Source of the DNA: Eledone cirrhosa
Lineage: Eukaryota
Direction: 5' to 3'
DNA: 64,000 nucleotides
Assembly (NCBI GenBank): GCA_964016885.1
Contig: OZ024746.1
Location: 54,064,001-54,128,000, forward strand
How positions within the stretch are numbered: position 1 is the stretch's first letter; every line of letters starts with the position of its first letter. A program made the translations under genes and the position numbers. The notes beneath the pieces are model-generated. The model had not been told where the DNA came from, searched no databases, and was given only the letters and a program-made list of their open reading frames with translations. Below, piece by piece: positions 1 through 13,430 of this stretch.

Positions 1-59
1 ATTTTTATTTTTTATCTTTATTTGTTAATTTTTCATTCGCACCGTTTCCTTTCGCTATA

Positions 60-238
60 TGTCTCTCCACCACTCCCCTACACACCTTTTGAACTCTGTT
101 CCCACACACTTCTCACCTGAGGAAGGGCTTATGCCCGAAACGTCGTCCCCCACCTACCCCCCACTCTCCTGAGCGTGAAATTAATAAACATTTATTGTAC
201 TGCCTCTCTGTTTTGTCCCTGTTCAAATTTTTCCCTTA
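60..238 (+). mobile_element. Penelope-like pLTR remnant with minimal type I hammerhead (115-146)
   Basis: ac-CTGAGGA-A-GGGC ttat GCCC-GAAA-CG-TC-gt: HHR core, 4-bp stem II, palindromic ACGT stem III, GUC site, only 2-bp stem I. The downstream gagcgtgaaattaata...attgtact tail recurs in degenerate copies near 40400, 42090, 44720 and 51410. Ends in (TA)n. Confidence 0.6.
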
Positions 239-604
239 TATATATATAATTAATACAATAACAGAGATAGTTTAAAGCTAAACTCTGACTGGTAACCATC
301 TCACTCAACAAACATTAGGTTATATTAAAATATAAACCCAATTTAAGTGTTTGGGGTGCTAACAATATGTATAATGTGGAAAAACCAGTTGTATTATTTT
401 ATGAGATATAATTAAAGTTAAAGTATATCTCTCTAAGAAAGTAAGTCCATAGAATCATTTGATAAAATATATACAGTATTTCTCCCCCTAATTATTTAAT
501 TAATTAATTCGTCATTGAGCCACACCGTGAATGGTTGCTAAAAACACACATAAATATATCTATGGCTCTGTCTAGTTTATGTATATGTAAACCCCTCCCT
601 CCCT

Positions 605-689
<85 letters not shown>

Positions 690-1717
690 TACCTACACAC
701 ATAAGCGCCTGAAGATTATGTCACAATTTTGATCTCAGTTACTCTCTGGAGATATGGTCAGTATTGGCGCTTGAGACCTTAGGTAGCGCTTTTGTTTCGT
801 GAATGGACGTGAATAAATAATATAATATATCAGCTCTCGTACCGATTGAGCACTCTTTACCAATTTATTTTTTCACACCTACGGATATTTTCTACATACG
901 ATAATATGTATAATTGAAATATGAAGGAACGAGGTGACGTTCTTACTTATTTTAATATTACACTCTGCATATGAAGGAAACCGCTATAGTTTAACACCAA
1001 ATGTAATGCCAACGCGTTATACTTAACCATGAGCATCACCGACGTGGCTTTTCCGTCCTGCTTGGGACTTGCCTATGGCCAACATTACCATGTACCGTAA
1101 AATGAACATATGAACATATGAAGATATGAACAAATGAAGCGATGCTTGTGCTTGAAGCTTTTTTATGTGAAGAAAGGCTTTGCACAGCGTCATTCCCAGA
1201 GAACTGGATGCAAACGAAGTGGCAGGTTTTATATCAGGGTGAACTTCTCGTAGGTGGATGTCTTAATAAAGACTAGGGGTCTCTCTCTCCTGAAAAAAAA
1301 AAAAAAAATGGATGGCCATTGTCTCTCCCGAGTTTCCACACTCTTTAACAAGTTTCGCTTTTCATCCTAGAAGGAAATACGTTTATAATTCATAAATATA
1401 TTTCCCCGGAGCTTAGTTCGAAAATTTGAGCTTTACACATGACGTTTGATTATATTTTAAAAAAGCTGTTTGATTTAGCTCCTTATTTTAACGGAAAGAG
1501 GTTGTCAGAGGTCTCTTAGATCAAGGTGTACAGCACTTAGCCTGTATCTGGGACAAAATTTAGCGTCATTGGCGAGATTTTCACGAATCTAGGTGTCTTT
1601 ACCCGATTTTTATAAGCTATGTTAAAGCAACTAACTGTAATTGCAGTTGTCTGGGCTTCCTGCATCTATGTTTATAGATGATATATATATATATGCGTGT
1701 GTATATATATGAGAGAG

Positions 1718-1761
<44 letters not shown>

Positions 1762-2121
1762 TTGTGTGTGCATATATATATATACATATGTGAGAGAGAG
1801 GGAGAAATGTTTGTATGAATGCTTACCTGCATGGAAGTATGTATGTAGGTACATGCCTTCATGATACTTTTGACTTCCGTTACAGGCCAGTATTTGAAAT
1901 AGTCTTACAATTTATACCGCCTGCTGCCAAATGCCATCACTGATAAAGTACATACTGACACTCATGTACGCATTCACACACATGCTTACACCAACACATA
2001 CACACACACACACAGACACAGACTCCAACACATCCACACACAATTATATATGTATGTGTGTATATTTATGAATGTATATATACATATGTGAGTATGTGTG
2101 TCTCTATATTTATGTATATGT

Positions 2122-2199
<78 letters not shown>

Positions 2200-2242
2200 T
2201 TATATATATATATATATATGTGTGTGTATTTATATACATTAA

Positions 2243-2291
<49 letters not shown>

Positions 2292-2299
<8 letters not shown>

Positions 2300-2693
2300 A
2301 GATCAAAAGATGGTTAAAGGAGTTCCATGTATTTTATTATGCGCATTTCAAAAACAAACATCATCATGCAATAATATTTGTGTTTTCATCAGATAAAACA
2401 GGAGAACATGATATGAAGGCTAAAAAACACTTGTGGATAGTGCAGTTTTAAATCAACTGCACTATCCACAAGTGTTTTTTAGCCTTCATATCATGTTCTC
2501 CTGTTTTATCTGATGAAAACACAAATATTATTGCATGATGATGTTTGTATTTGAAATGCGCATAATAAAATACATGGAACTCCTTTAACCATCTTTTGAT
2601 CTTATATTATGTATACTCCAGTCCTACAAACTGTAGAGTGCTTCTTATCCGATATCTGCATTGCTTTATTGTACTACAATAAAACTCACCTCC

Positions 2694-2696
<3 letters not shown>
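2292..2696. mobile_element. Fold-back HHR element, family C copy 1 (inverted pLTR-like, in (TA)n)
   Basis: ~156-bp inverted arms 2292-2447 and 2455-2610 plus a unique tail to ...actcacctcc; (TA)n on both sides; one HHR per arm. Confidence 0.85.
2504..2570 (+). ncRNA. Type I hammerhead ribozyme (family C); mirror copy on minus at 2332-2398
   Basis: TTTTAT-CTGATGA-[long stem II AAACACAAATATTATT gcat GATGATGTTTGTATTT]-GAAA-TGCGCA-TA-ATAAAA; stem III is the palindrome ATGCGCAT; AUA cleavage triplet. Confidence 0.8.
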
Positions 2697-2783
<87 letters not shown>

Positions 2784-2940
2784 TATGTATAGTAAGTATA
2801 TATATGTAAGTAACAGCCGTACTAAGAGTGAGAAATGAAATTTCGTTTCACTTTTTCCGTTTATATATATATATATATATATATAAATTAATGTATATAT
2901 AAATATATATATATATATATATAAATTAATGTATATATAA

Positions 2941-2997
<57 letters not shown>

Positions 2998-3262
2998 AAT
3001 TAATGTATATATATATATATATAAATTAATGTATATATATATATATATACATTTAAGTATGTATGTATACGTACATACATATATGTATACAGACGTACAG
3101 TAGTATGTATATATATATATACATACATGCAGACATATATATGTATGTACGGATTCACCGAACATTTATTATAATGCTCGGTGTGTTTGTAAACAAACAT
3201 CCAGTATTAAGCCGTAGTGTCTAGCAACCACCGTTGCTCGTTTGTTCAACACTGACAAAGGA

Positions 3263-3305
3263 ACGCTGTACTAGTTTCAAACTTATTAGCTATCGTCAGC
3301 AACGT
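3263..3305 (-). ncRNA. Type I hammerhead ribozyme (family B)
   Basis: Minus strand: ACGTTG-CTGACGA-TAGCT aata AGTTT-GAAA-CTAG-TA-CAGCGT; stem I pairs, ACTAGT palindromic stem III, GUA site. Confidence 0.8.
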
Positions 3306-3797
3306 ATACCTTCCTGCCAGATGATTGACCGTCCGAAAGCATATACTTTCCTTATGCATATTAACGGCTGAGTAGCCCAATTTGCATATCGAGTAGGTTA
3401 ATCGGCCGGGTGCACCGAAAACGATAAACGGAACAAATGAAACGAAATTTCATTTCCCACTCTTAGTACGGCTGTAACTTAAATATAAGTATGTATGTAT
3501 ACGTACATACATATATGTATGCAGACGTACATTAGTATGTATATATATATATATACATACATGCACACATATATATATGTACGTATGGATTCACCGACCA
3601 TTTATTATAATGCTCGGTGTGTTTATAGCTTATTAGCTATCGTCAGCAAAACGAATTTCGTTTCATTTTTTCCGTGTATCATTTTCGGTGTACCCTGCCG
3701 ATTAATCCACTCGATATGCAAATTGGGCTACTCAGCTGTTAATATGCATAAGGAAAGTATATGCTTTCGGACGTTCAATCATCTGGCAGGGAGGTAT

Positions 3798-3840
3798 ACG
3801 TTGCTGAAGATAGCTAATAAGCTTGAAACTAGTACAGCGT
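3798..3840 (+). ncRNA. Type I hammerhead ribozyme (family B)
   Basis: ACGTTG-CTGAAGA-TAGCT aata AGCTT-GAAA-CTAG-TA-CAGCGT. Confidence 0.8.
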
Positions 3841-4110
3841 TCCTTTGTCAGTGTTGAACAAACGAGCAACGGTGGTTGCTTGACACTACGGCTTAATACG
3901 GGATGTTTGGTTACAAACACACCGAGCATTATAATAAATGTTCGGTGAATCCATACGTACATATATATATGTGTGCATGTATGTATATATATATACATAC
4001 TACTGTACGTCTGTATACATATATGTATGTACGTATACATACATAGTTATATTTAATTAACAGCCGTACTAAGAGTGGGAAATGAAATTTCGTTTCAATT
4101 TTTCCGTTTA

Positions 4111-4131
4111 TATATATATATATATACATTA

Positions 4132-4181
<50 letters not shown>

Positions 4182-4183
4182 TA

Positions 4184-4263
<80 letters not shown>

Positions 4264-4333
4264 TAATTTATATATATATATATACATTAATTTATATATA
4301 TATACATTAATTTATATATATATATATAAATTA

Positions 4334-4397
<64 letters not shown>

Positions 4398-4513
4398 TAA
4401 TGTATATATATATATATATATATATAAATTAATGTATATATATATATATATATATATATACATTAATTTATATATATATATATATATACATTAATTTATA
4501 TATATATACTTTA

Positions 4514-4570
<57 letters not shown>

Positions 4571-4735
4571 TATGCACATTAATTTATATATATATATATA
4601 TATATATACATTAATTTTTATATACATACACATTAATTTATATATATATGTACATTAATTTATATATATACATTAAATCATATATATATATATATGCATT
4701 AATATATGTATATATATACACACACATTAATATAC
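4111..4735. repeat. Compound (TA)n array punctuated by CATTAATTT / AAATTAATG in both orientations
   Basis: The 9-mer recurs more than 15 times between TA tracts; same motif at 2885-3035. Confidence 0.85.
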
Positions 4736-5230
4736 ATTTATAATGTATATATACATACATTTATTTATTAATAAATGTGTGAGTGGGCTGGAGTGGGTGT
4801 GTAATTATATTAAAAAATATTTAAATTAAATATATTTAAATTAAACTATATTTTTCCGATTTGGATCGGTGAGATCCAGATCTAAATAAGCTACTCAATA
4901 TATTTATAGAGAAGATACATATTTATTTAATTAAGAATTGACTCTTACAGTACTAGAACTGTTTCATTCGATTGATTTCACCAGGTATGTTACATAAGGT
5001 TCGTCAGGTTGGGTATGTATAGATTTCTTTGGAATAGAGAGAAGATGAAATATGTGGTCAGGGAGAAGAAGGGGAAGCAAATAGGGAAGAGGAAAAAACG
5101 GATAAGAATAAAAGGATTTTAATTACCCTTCTTACTTCTCCTCTCCCTCTTTCTCTGCTACTAGATATATCATGTATTTAAGCACATATGATTATATACG
5201 CATGTACATATATGTATATATGTATATATA

Positions 5231-5268
<38 letters not shown>

Positions 5269-5524
5269 GGTATATATATATGTAGATATATATGTGTATA
5301 AATGTATATATATGTTTATATGTTGAAAATTGCAAACTTGACTGTCACCACACATTATGAACCTGAAGATTGTTCAATTAACACTTACCATTTAATATTC
5401 TACCACAGTATTTCATTATAATACCATTATAAATTTTAAAGGATTATAAATAAAACGAGTAAATCAGACAAAGTTGGAATCCTTTTATTAATATAATCTT
5501 CTATACACAATCATACACACCCGT

Positions 5525-6110
<586 letters not shown>

Positions 6111-6793
6111 AGATATATGTGTTTGTACCTGTTTACTTATGCAAATACTTAAGCATATATAGACATGTTTGTAGCTATAATTACATACATATTTGTATGC
6201 GTAGGAAATTACTTTAGTTAGTTTGTAAAATGTTATATAAAAAATGTGAATCCCCTTGATGTAAGACATGCTAGCAATGATATTTCTAATACGTCACAGA
6301 GGATATGTGACGTAACACTGTAGAAGTACGAACAACCTTATTGAGCCTGCGTTGGTTTATAACTTTGAATGAAAACGTGTATATGACTTTGAAAATGATC
6401 GCATTGAATCCCGTTATTATGAAAGAGATATATTATATAATTTATATTTTTACGGACGGAAACATAAGCACATTCGCTTTCTTGTCTATCAAGGTTTAAC
6501 ATGACTGTTGGTCTGGAATATAGCATGTATGTATGTATGTATGTATGTATGTATGTATGTATGTATGTATGTATGTATGTATGTATGTATGTATGTATGT
6601 ATGTATGTATGTATGGATGTATGTATGTATGTATGTATGTATGTTTATCTCTTTCTCTTAATTTCGAGTACATTTTTTTTGACCGGCCACCTTCCTGGTG
6701 GCAAGGTAGTAAAAGAAAAGAAATTGTCATCCCTTGAATCGCAAGAATGTTTTGCAAATTTTGAAGGTGCCAGCTATCGCAGCCATTTGTAGA

Positions 6794-7500
6794 CTATGAA
6801 TTAGGGAGCTGCGCAAATCCAAGTTCAGTCATACTTTGGTCCAAGCGGGTTGGTATATAACCCGTAGCTCCAATAATGATGGGTATGAAGCTAAAGGTGT
6901 ATCTTGGATACTGGATTTGTAAACTCCTCATCAATGGTCCGTAGATGTCCTCCTTCTCCTGTATTTTTCTGACAACGTTTACATCAAGTGGGCAGCTGAT
7001 CTCCACAACAGAACACGTTTTCAATGTCTGGTCCCAAAAAACAATATCAAGCCGGTTGTGCTTTAATTTGGTGGCAGTTTTTATTTTCAGGTTCCACCAG
7101 TATTCCTTAGTGCCATCTGTCTCAATATATTCTTCCTCGTTAGTCGTTAATTTTGTTTTCCGAAGTGCGTTCCAGATGGTTCTAGCTATCCCATCGTGTC
7201 TCATGGGGAGGTAAGTAGCGAGATGACATTCTTTCGCAGCTGGCAACAATGTGGCTTACATCCTCGATCTTTGTTTTACATAGCCTACATTTATTGTCAG
7301 CTGCTGGCCCTCCTCTTTTGTGCAGCAGATATTTGGTAGGGAGTTCTTGTTCCTGTATTGCATAGAGATATCCCTCAAGGTGTGATGTCATAAACTTGTC
7401 GGAACTCCATGCCAGGCTTTTTGAGTGGTTTATCCCCTCTATGGTCTGTGTTTTACGCCTCAAGTATCCATGCACAACTTTTTCTGTAAATTGGTAAATT
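6794..7500 (-). pseudogene. 3' fragment of an RLE-type non-LTR retrotransposon (R4/Dong-like): zinc finger plus restriction-like endonuclease
   Basis: Two frameshifted ORFs: CRLC..EDVSHIVASC, RHD, WWN..IKT..KHNRLDIVFWD, VVEISCP, PIIIGATG. Next to (TATG)n. Confidence 0.8.
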
Positions 7501-7726
7501 GTTTATGTATGTATGTATGTATGTATGTATGTATGTATGTATGTATGTATGTATGTATGTATGTATGTATGAATGTATGTATGTATGTATGTATGTATGC
7601 ACATATGTATGTATGTATGAAAGTATATATGAAAGTATATATGCATGTGTGTATGTATGTACGTATGTACGTATGTACGAATATATCTATGTATAAATGT
7701 AGGTATGTATGCATTTAGGTATGTAT

Positions 7727-8260
7727 ATTTCTCTTTCTCTTAATTTCGAGTACATATTCGACCGGCCACCTTCCTGGTGGCAAGGTTGTAAACGAAAAGA
7801 AATTGTTAGCCCTTGAATCGCAAGAATTTGGCGACTAAACAGGCAACCCCACCAATGTTTCTTGGTGAGGAGGGTGACTTTGGACATCCTGCAGGACTAA
7901 AAAACAAAACCTGTCAAAGGAAAAAGGAGCTCTTAAGAGTCAATGGCCATCCAAAATCACCGGGAGAGATGACCCCTTAGCCTTTGTCAAGGCAGAATTT
8001 TAGGAGAAGGAAAACTCTGATATAACACCTGCAACCCTGATGGTATCCAATGATGTTGACTTGTTCTTCTTTTTGGTAAATATTATCTTGGTTAAGAGAG
8101 TGGGACTGGTTTGTGCAGTGCCTTTGCTCACTATAAAAGCTTCACGGCACAGGCATTGCTTTATATCTGGAGATCTCTCTGCACTTGCCGTCACATGGTA
8201 CCATGGGCCCAGCACTATGTGTCAATAATTGTCACAAGTGTAGTGTTTGTACCAGAGTGT
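7727..8260 (+). mobile_element. Interspersed repeat, probably the 5' region of an RTE-like LINE
   Basis: ggcgactaaac...ggtgaggagggtgactttgga...gagtcaatggccat block shared with 33375-33800 and 54400-54545; its start is duplicated at 6645-6750. RTE assignment is inference. Confidence 0.5.
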
Positions 8261-8644
8261 TCAAGTCGCTGGCTGGACTAAAAAGTCACACTCGTTCAGC
8301 GCATCGGTAGGGGTTCTCCTACATGGATATAAAGTAGTGGCCGTACTCGAAAACGAGTTGGCAGCCACCATACGTATCTATGTACGTACGTATGTATGTA
8401 TCTATCTATCTATCACATCGAAAATGTCGTCAGTTTTGCAAACACGATATCAGACGTTGATTGTAACATCAACACTAACACAAACACCAATAACATGCAA
8501 CATATAAACAACACCAACCAGAACAATAATGACAACAATAACAACAACAGCAACAATGATAACAACAACACCACCACCAACAACAACAACAAAAATGATA
8601 ACAACACCACCAACAAAAGCAGCAACACGAACAACTCCACGAAC

Positions 8645-9367
8645 ATGGAAAAGATTTCTTTTGCTGAAGCCGTCCAAAAGACATTTCCAATGCTAGGGAA
8701 ATGTTAAGCGATGCAAAACAGTACGTAACTTTTGGTGAGAGTGGTCCTTTCAGCATCACTTCTCCTTAACAGTTACGCAGAGAAACTGTTCTAAAAACAG
8801 TAATTTTTAGGACGGTCTCAAATGTGTCGAAAAAACCAGTTCAGTTATCCCAAAACGATATTGAACTGGTTCTGAAGAATTCCATGAAGGATATTGCCTT
8901 CATCCAAAAAGGGAAAATTTTTGGAACCATTTCGGTGTTGTTGAAACACCAATTGACAGCACACAAATATTCTGTATTGGAAATTCTGGTCCAAAATACC
9001 CCAATGTGTGCCTCTGGATGGAATTTCACACATAAACATTTCTGTTGAGGGTAGGCGGCCTTCATGTTACCACTGTTTAAACAGTGGTCACCTGAAGGCT
9101 TACTGTCCTCAGTTAAATAAAAAAAAGAGGCACTACTGCCAACACCCAATACAACAACACAACCACCACCACCACCACAACAACAACAACACGCAAACAC
9201 AACCAAAACAAGAACAACAAACCAACCTGCAAGCACAGTCCCACCCAACCCCACTCCACCTAAAACCACTGCAAAAACACCCACAAACACAACAGCTCCC
9301 CAAAACATACCCCTTTCAAATAACACAGACACCACAACGGATGAGTCCCCACATCATCACCAAGTGA
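8645..9367 (+). pseudogene. Tx1 ORF1 (gag-like), disrupted
   Basis: MEKISFAEAV start motif; CYHCLNSGHLKAYC zinc knuckle at ~9064-9105; stops and frameshifts. Confidence 0.7.
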
Positions 9368-10001
9368 TGATGAGGGAGAGCCTCTCCGTTCGAAAAGAAG
9401 GAAGAAAAGACACGACAAGAATAAAAAAACAACAAACATCACTACAAACATACAACCACCAACACAAACAACACGAACATTACAAACAAAAACCCCCCGT
9501 CCCGAAAACAAAACCACGACATCACTCCAAACACAAACACCTACAACAAAACGAAAGCTCCCACAAGAACAACAAACAAAAACCACCGCAACACAACAAG
9601 AACATTACACATACATAAACAGTAAAAACAAAACTTTAATGGAGGTCATCTCCAACGACCCTTCGGTGAAAACCGAAGGGAAAACTTTTTCGAACTGTGT
9701 AGACAAACCTAATTTAAAGATGATTAGGGTCCCTACGGACACCTATAAGTCTTTAAAGGAAAACTTTCCTAAGGACGTGGGTAATCCTTGTGTTAAGCCC
9801 ATTAACCGCGTCCTTTTAAAAAGTTCCCCACCCTCACCCCAGACACCCCCACCCCACCAAACATCTCCGTCCCCACCCCGCCGGAAACCACCACCCACCC
9901 AGACAACTCCTCTATCACCCCCATGGAAACCGTGCGGCCTGTTCCCCGGGAGACGAAGAGGTGAGTGTTTTCTTCTCCTCTTTTAACTTTTCAGAACCAA
10001 C

Positions 10002-13000
10002 ATGGCCAATATAAGAGTTGGGTGTGTGAATGTACGCGGCCTGGGGATGCCCTGGAAACAGGGCAAACACTTAAACAACCTCAGGTCGCACAATATGGAT
10101 GTAGTAGCCATTTGCGTGTCCAGGATCCACAGAGAGTGACAGCTGGCCCCCATCTTCGATGACTTTGAGATCTACGCATATCTCTGTCAGCCGGGGGGTG
10201 GGGGCGGGGTTGCCGTTTTGCTGCGGAAACACCTGGGCTTCGTAACACAGACGGTACATCTGGACCCGGAGGGTCGACTGGTGGTCCTAGACGTTGACAG
10301 TAGTGAAGGTGGAGCCTTCAGGCTGGTGGTCGCATATGCCCCATCCGGGACACTGCGGCCAGACTTCTTCAAACGTCTAGAGACTTTTCTGGGAACGTCC
10401 CGCTCCTTGCTTTTATTGGGGGACTGGAATGGATTCCTAGATGTACATTGGGACTATGTGGGAGCATGTCCCGATAAAGGGGGGTGTAACATCCTCAAAC
10501 AGTTAATCGGCCGATTTGACCTGGCCGATAGATATCGACTAGATTTTCCGACTGTGCCACTGTGGACGTGGACTAATCACAGCGGAGCATCTAGATCGTA
10601 CCTAGATAGGGTTCTAGTTAGAAATAAGGATATGGACATGTTAAGCTGTCCACATGTTCATGGTTTCCTATTCAGATCACAAACTAGTGACCTGCATAGT
10701 CAACCTTGATAGAACCCATAGACAAGGACCCGGCTACTGGAAGCTGAACTTGTCGTTACCAGCATGCAAAGCCTACAGTATACGGATTAGCACTTTAGTT
10801 AAACAGCACTTGACAGGGGCCATTGTCAACAACAGATGGTGGTACTCTCTCAAGAGGGCAGTTAGATTAGACTCGTTAGTTTTTAGTAAAGAATTAGCGT
10901 TAGATAGAAATAGAACCGAGAAAGAACTGGTAGATAAAGTAGAAGAGGCAATTAGAAGTGGAAACGTAGCCAGCGTGCTAGCAACGAGAACGGCCTTGGA
11001 CCAGTTCTTCGACGCAAAGCATGAGGGCTGCGTTGTCAGAAGCAAAATACGGGCTCTGAGAAATGAGGGAGCCAAAACTGTTAGCTGGGCGCGAGTGACG
11101 GAGGCAAAAAGTGGCAACAAGTCCACGATTCGGTCTTTGAGGGACCAAAACGGACGCGTGATACATGAGCCGAAGCAGATGTGTGCGGCCTTTCGGCGGC
11201 ACTTTGCTCAGCTGTTCTGGTAGGGCGGCGCGCCGGGAGGGGCTATGGATTTCGGTCCATACCTTGACGGCCTACCGCGACTCTCGGACAGCGAGGCAAC
11301 GTTCTGCGAAAGGCCGATTTCAGCCGCTGAGATAGGAGACGCGTTGAGCCAATGCGGCAAACGCAAATCTCCAGGTCTCGACGGTCTACCCTACTAATTT
11401 TACGTAGCAATGCCGGACTTATTCTCCGGTCTCCTGGAAGCGGTCTACTGCAACTGGCAACAGAACGGGAGAATTCCCAGTTCTGTGACCGGGGGCGTAG
11501 TCACACTAGTCAGGAAGGACGAGAATAAGGGGGATGACATAGGCAACTTCCGGCCCATAACTCTGCAAAATAGAGTTACAGATTTTCGCCAAGGTGTTGG
11601 CAAAGAGGCTGGCGCTTGTCGTCGAGAACCTGGTGAGAGAAGCGCAGACATGCGCAATCCCGACCAGGTCCATACACGACAAACTCCACCTCATGCGATA
11701 CATCATAGAGAGGGTAGGATGTAAACCCGGCTTCGGTGGGGCCCTGATCAACTTGGATCAGTCTAAGGCTTTCGATAGGGTTGACCATCGTTATCTGGAT
11801 GCGGTGCTCGAGGCGGCAGGCTTCGGACCCGTGTTCAGGGGCTGGATTGCTGCAATGCATAATAGCAACATCTGCTCAAGGGGTAAGGTGAACGGCTACC
11901 TCTCGGAGCCGTTCCGTATCACGCGATCCATTCGACAGGGATGCCCTCTCTCCTCTCTTCTGTACGTATTGACTCTCGAGCCACTACTGCGGAAGTTGGA
12001 GCTATTGCAGGGCATCCCTCTGGAACCGGGACTGCGGAAAGCGGCGTCGGCCTACGCCGACGACGTGACAGTAATGGTGTCGAGCGCCTCGCAAATCGAG
12101 GAGGTCGGCACCTTACTGAAGGAATACGAAAGGTTCACAGGAGCGAAGCTGAACCGGGACAAGTCCATCGGTTTACAACTCGGAACGTGGAGACGCAGAC
12201 CGATGCCTTCTGATGGCGTCGTCGGACGCTGGACGGAAGGACCAGTAAAGCTGTCGGGGTCTGGTTTGGTCGGACCTCCAGGTGGAGAAGAACTGGAACG
12301 AGGTGTCGGCCAAGGTGTTTGCACTCACCCAGAAGTGGGCCGAGTGCAAACTATCATTGAAAGGTCGAGCGGAGGTCGAGAACACTTTTATAGCGTCCGC
12401 CATCTACTACCGCTTGACCGTCGTGCCTTGTCCAGCCAAAACGCTCGCCAAATGGAGCGCGCGCTCTTCCAATTCTTTTGAAAGAGGCGGGCTCCTTTGG
12501 TGAGAAGATCCATCTGCTGCCAACGCCCTTCCAACGGAGGGCTGGGGATGCCGTAGCTGACGATGCGCAAACACGCGCTCAGGCTGTGGCATCTCTACGT
12601 ATTCCTCACCGGACAACCGGTGTGGGCCCCGTTCGTGAGGCGAGCCTTCCCACGACTCGTCTCGCTGACCGAGCTGCAGTCCTGGGTCAAGCAAAGAGCG
12701 AGGAAAATGGGCGACTGGCACATCGAATGTGCTCAGGCGCTCACAGCCCTCTGGCAGGCGGACCCGGCGATCAGTGGGGACTCTACTTCGTCATTCTATA
12801 GAGGGTTGATCCGCAGCAAGTGCCACGACATGCTCGGTGAAACTCTGGGCGTAGAGGAAGACGAACAGGCCAGTCTATTCGGTAGGACCTTCCGCCCGGG
12901 ACCGATGGACAACTTCCAAAAGTCCCTGGCCTGGCAGTGCTACCGAGGAGCTCTACCAGTTCGAGACAAGCTCTACAGACATGGGCGCCCGGACAGGGAC

Positions 13001-13430
13001 CCTGCAAAAAAGATCTGTCCGAGGTGCGTACGAGACGAAGAAACCGTCGCGCACGCATTCATACACTGCCCGGGCGTCACCGACCTGTGGGGCTATGTGG
13101 AACGACTATTGTCGCGGGTGGGACCAATGCAGTTGACCACCGAATCCATTGTCATGATCAAAACGCCACCCTCCTTCAAAAACGAAGGAGAGGCAGTTTT
13201 CCTTTGTTTGATAGCTATGGCGAAAGAGGTATGGTGGACAAGGTTTGAAAGGGCTGAGGTCAGACACCTTTCTCTCCGGCCAACAACTGGTTCTTTTTTT
13301 CAAATACCACTTTGGAAGAAGAATCAGGATGGAGAGAGAGGTGCTGTACCCCAGCAAGTTTTATGAAAGGTGGGTGAAAGTGGCGAGAATGGCCCGAGTG
13401 AATGGGCCTTCTCTCTATATAAGCCTGTAG
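10002..13430 (+). pseudogene. Tx1 ORF2: APE endonuclease, reverse transcriptase and C-terminal zinc finger, with several stops and frameshifts
   Basis: MANIRVGCVNVRGL, GGVAVL, YAP, LGDWN, YLDRV, SDH (APE); KSPGLDG, FRPITL, DQSKAFDRVDH, RQGCPLS, YADD (RT); CPRC..ETVAHAFIHC. Confidence 0.92.

Larger units (their letters stand above)
2806..4110. repeat. HHR-bearing ~430-bp repeat family B, rearranged cluster (reverse fragment, ~1.3 forward units, then one reverse unit)
   Basis: Sequence matches the units at 43006-43600 and 58231-60430; orientation switches near 3650. Confidence 0.85.

Noticed and set aside
4940-5015. Minus-strand CTGACGA-ACC...GGT-GAAA hammerhead
   Set aside because: Core and stem II are plausible but stem I does not pair; at best a decayed relic.
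7760-7850. HDV-like ribozyme at the 5' end of the RTE-like repeat (hairpin followed by GGCGACTAA)
   Set aside because: I could not build the P1/P3/P1.1 nested pseudoknot by eye; a descriptor search on the family consensus is needed.
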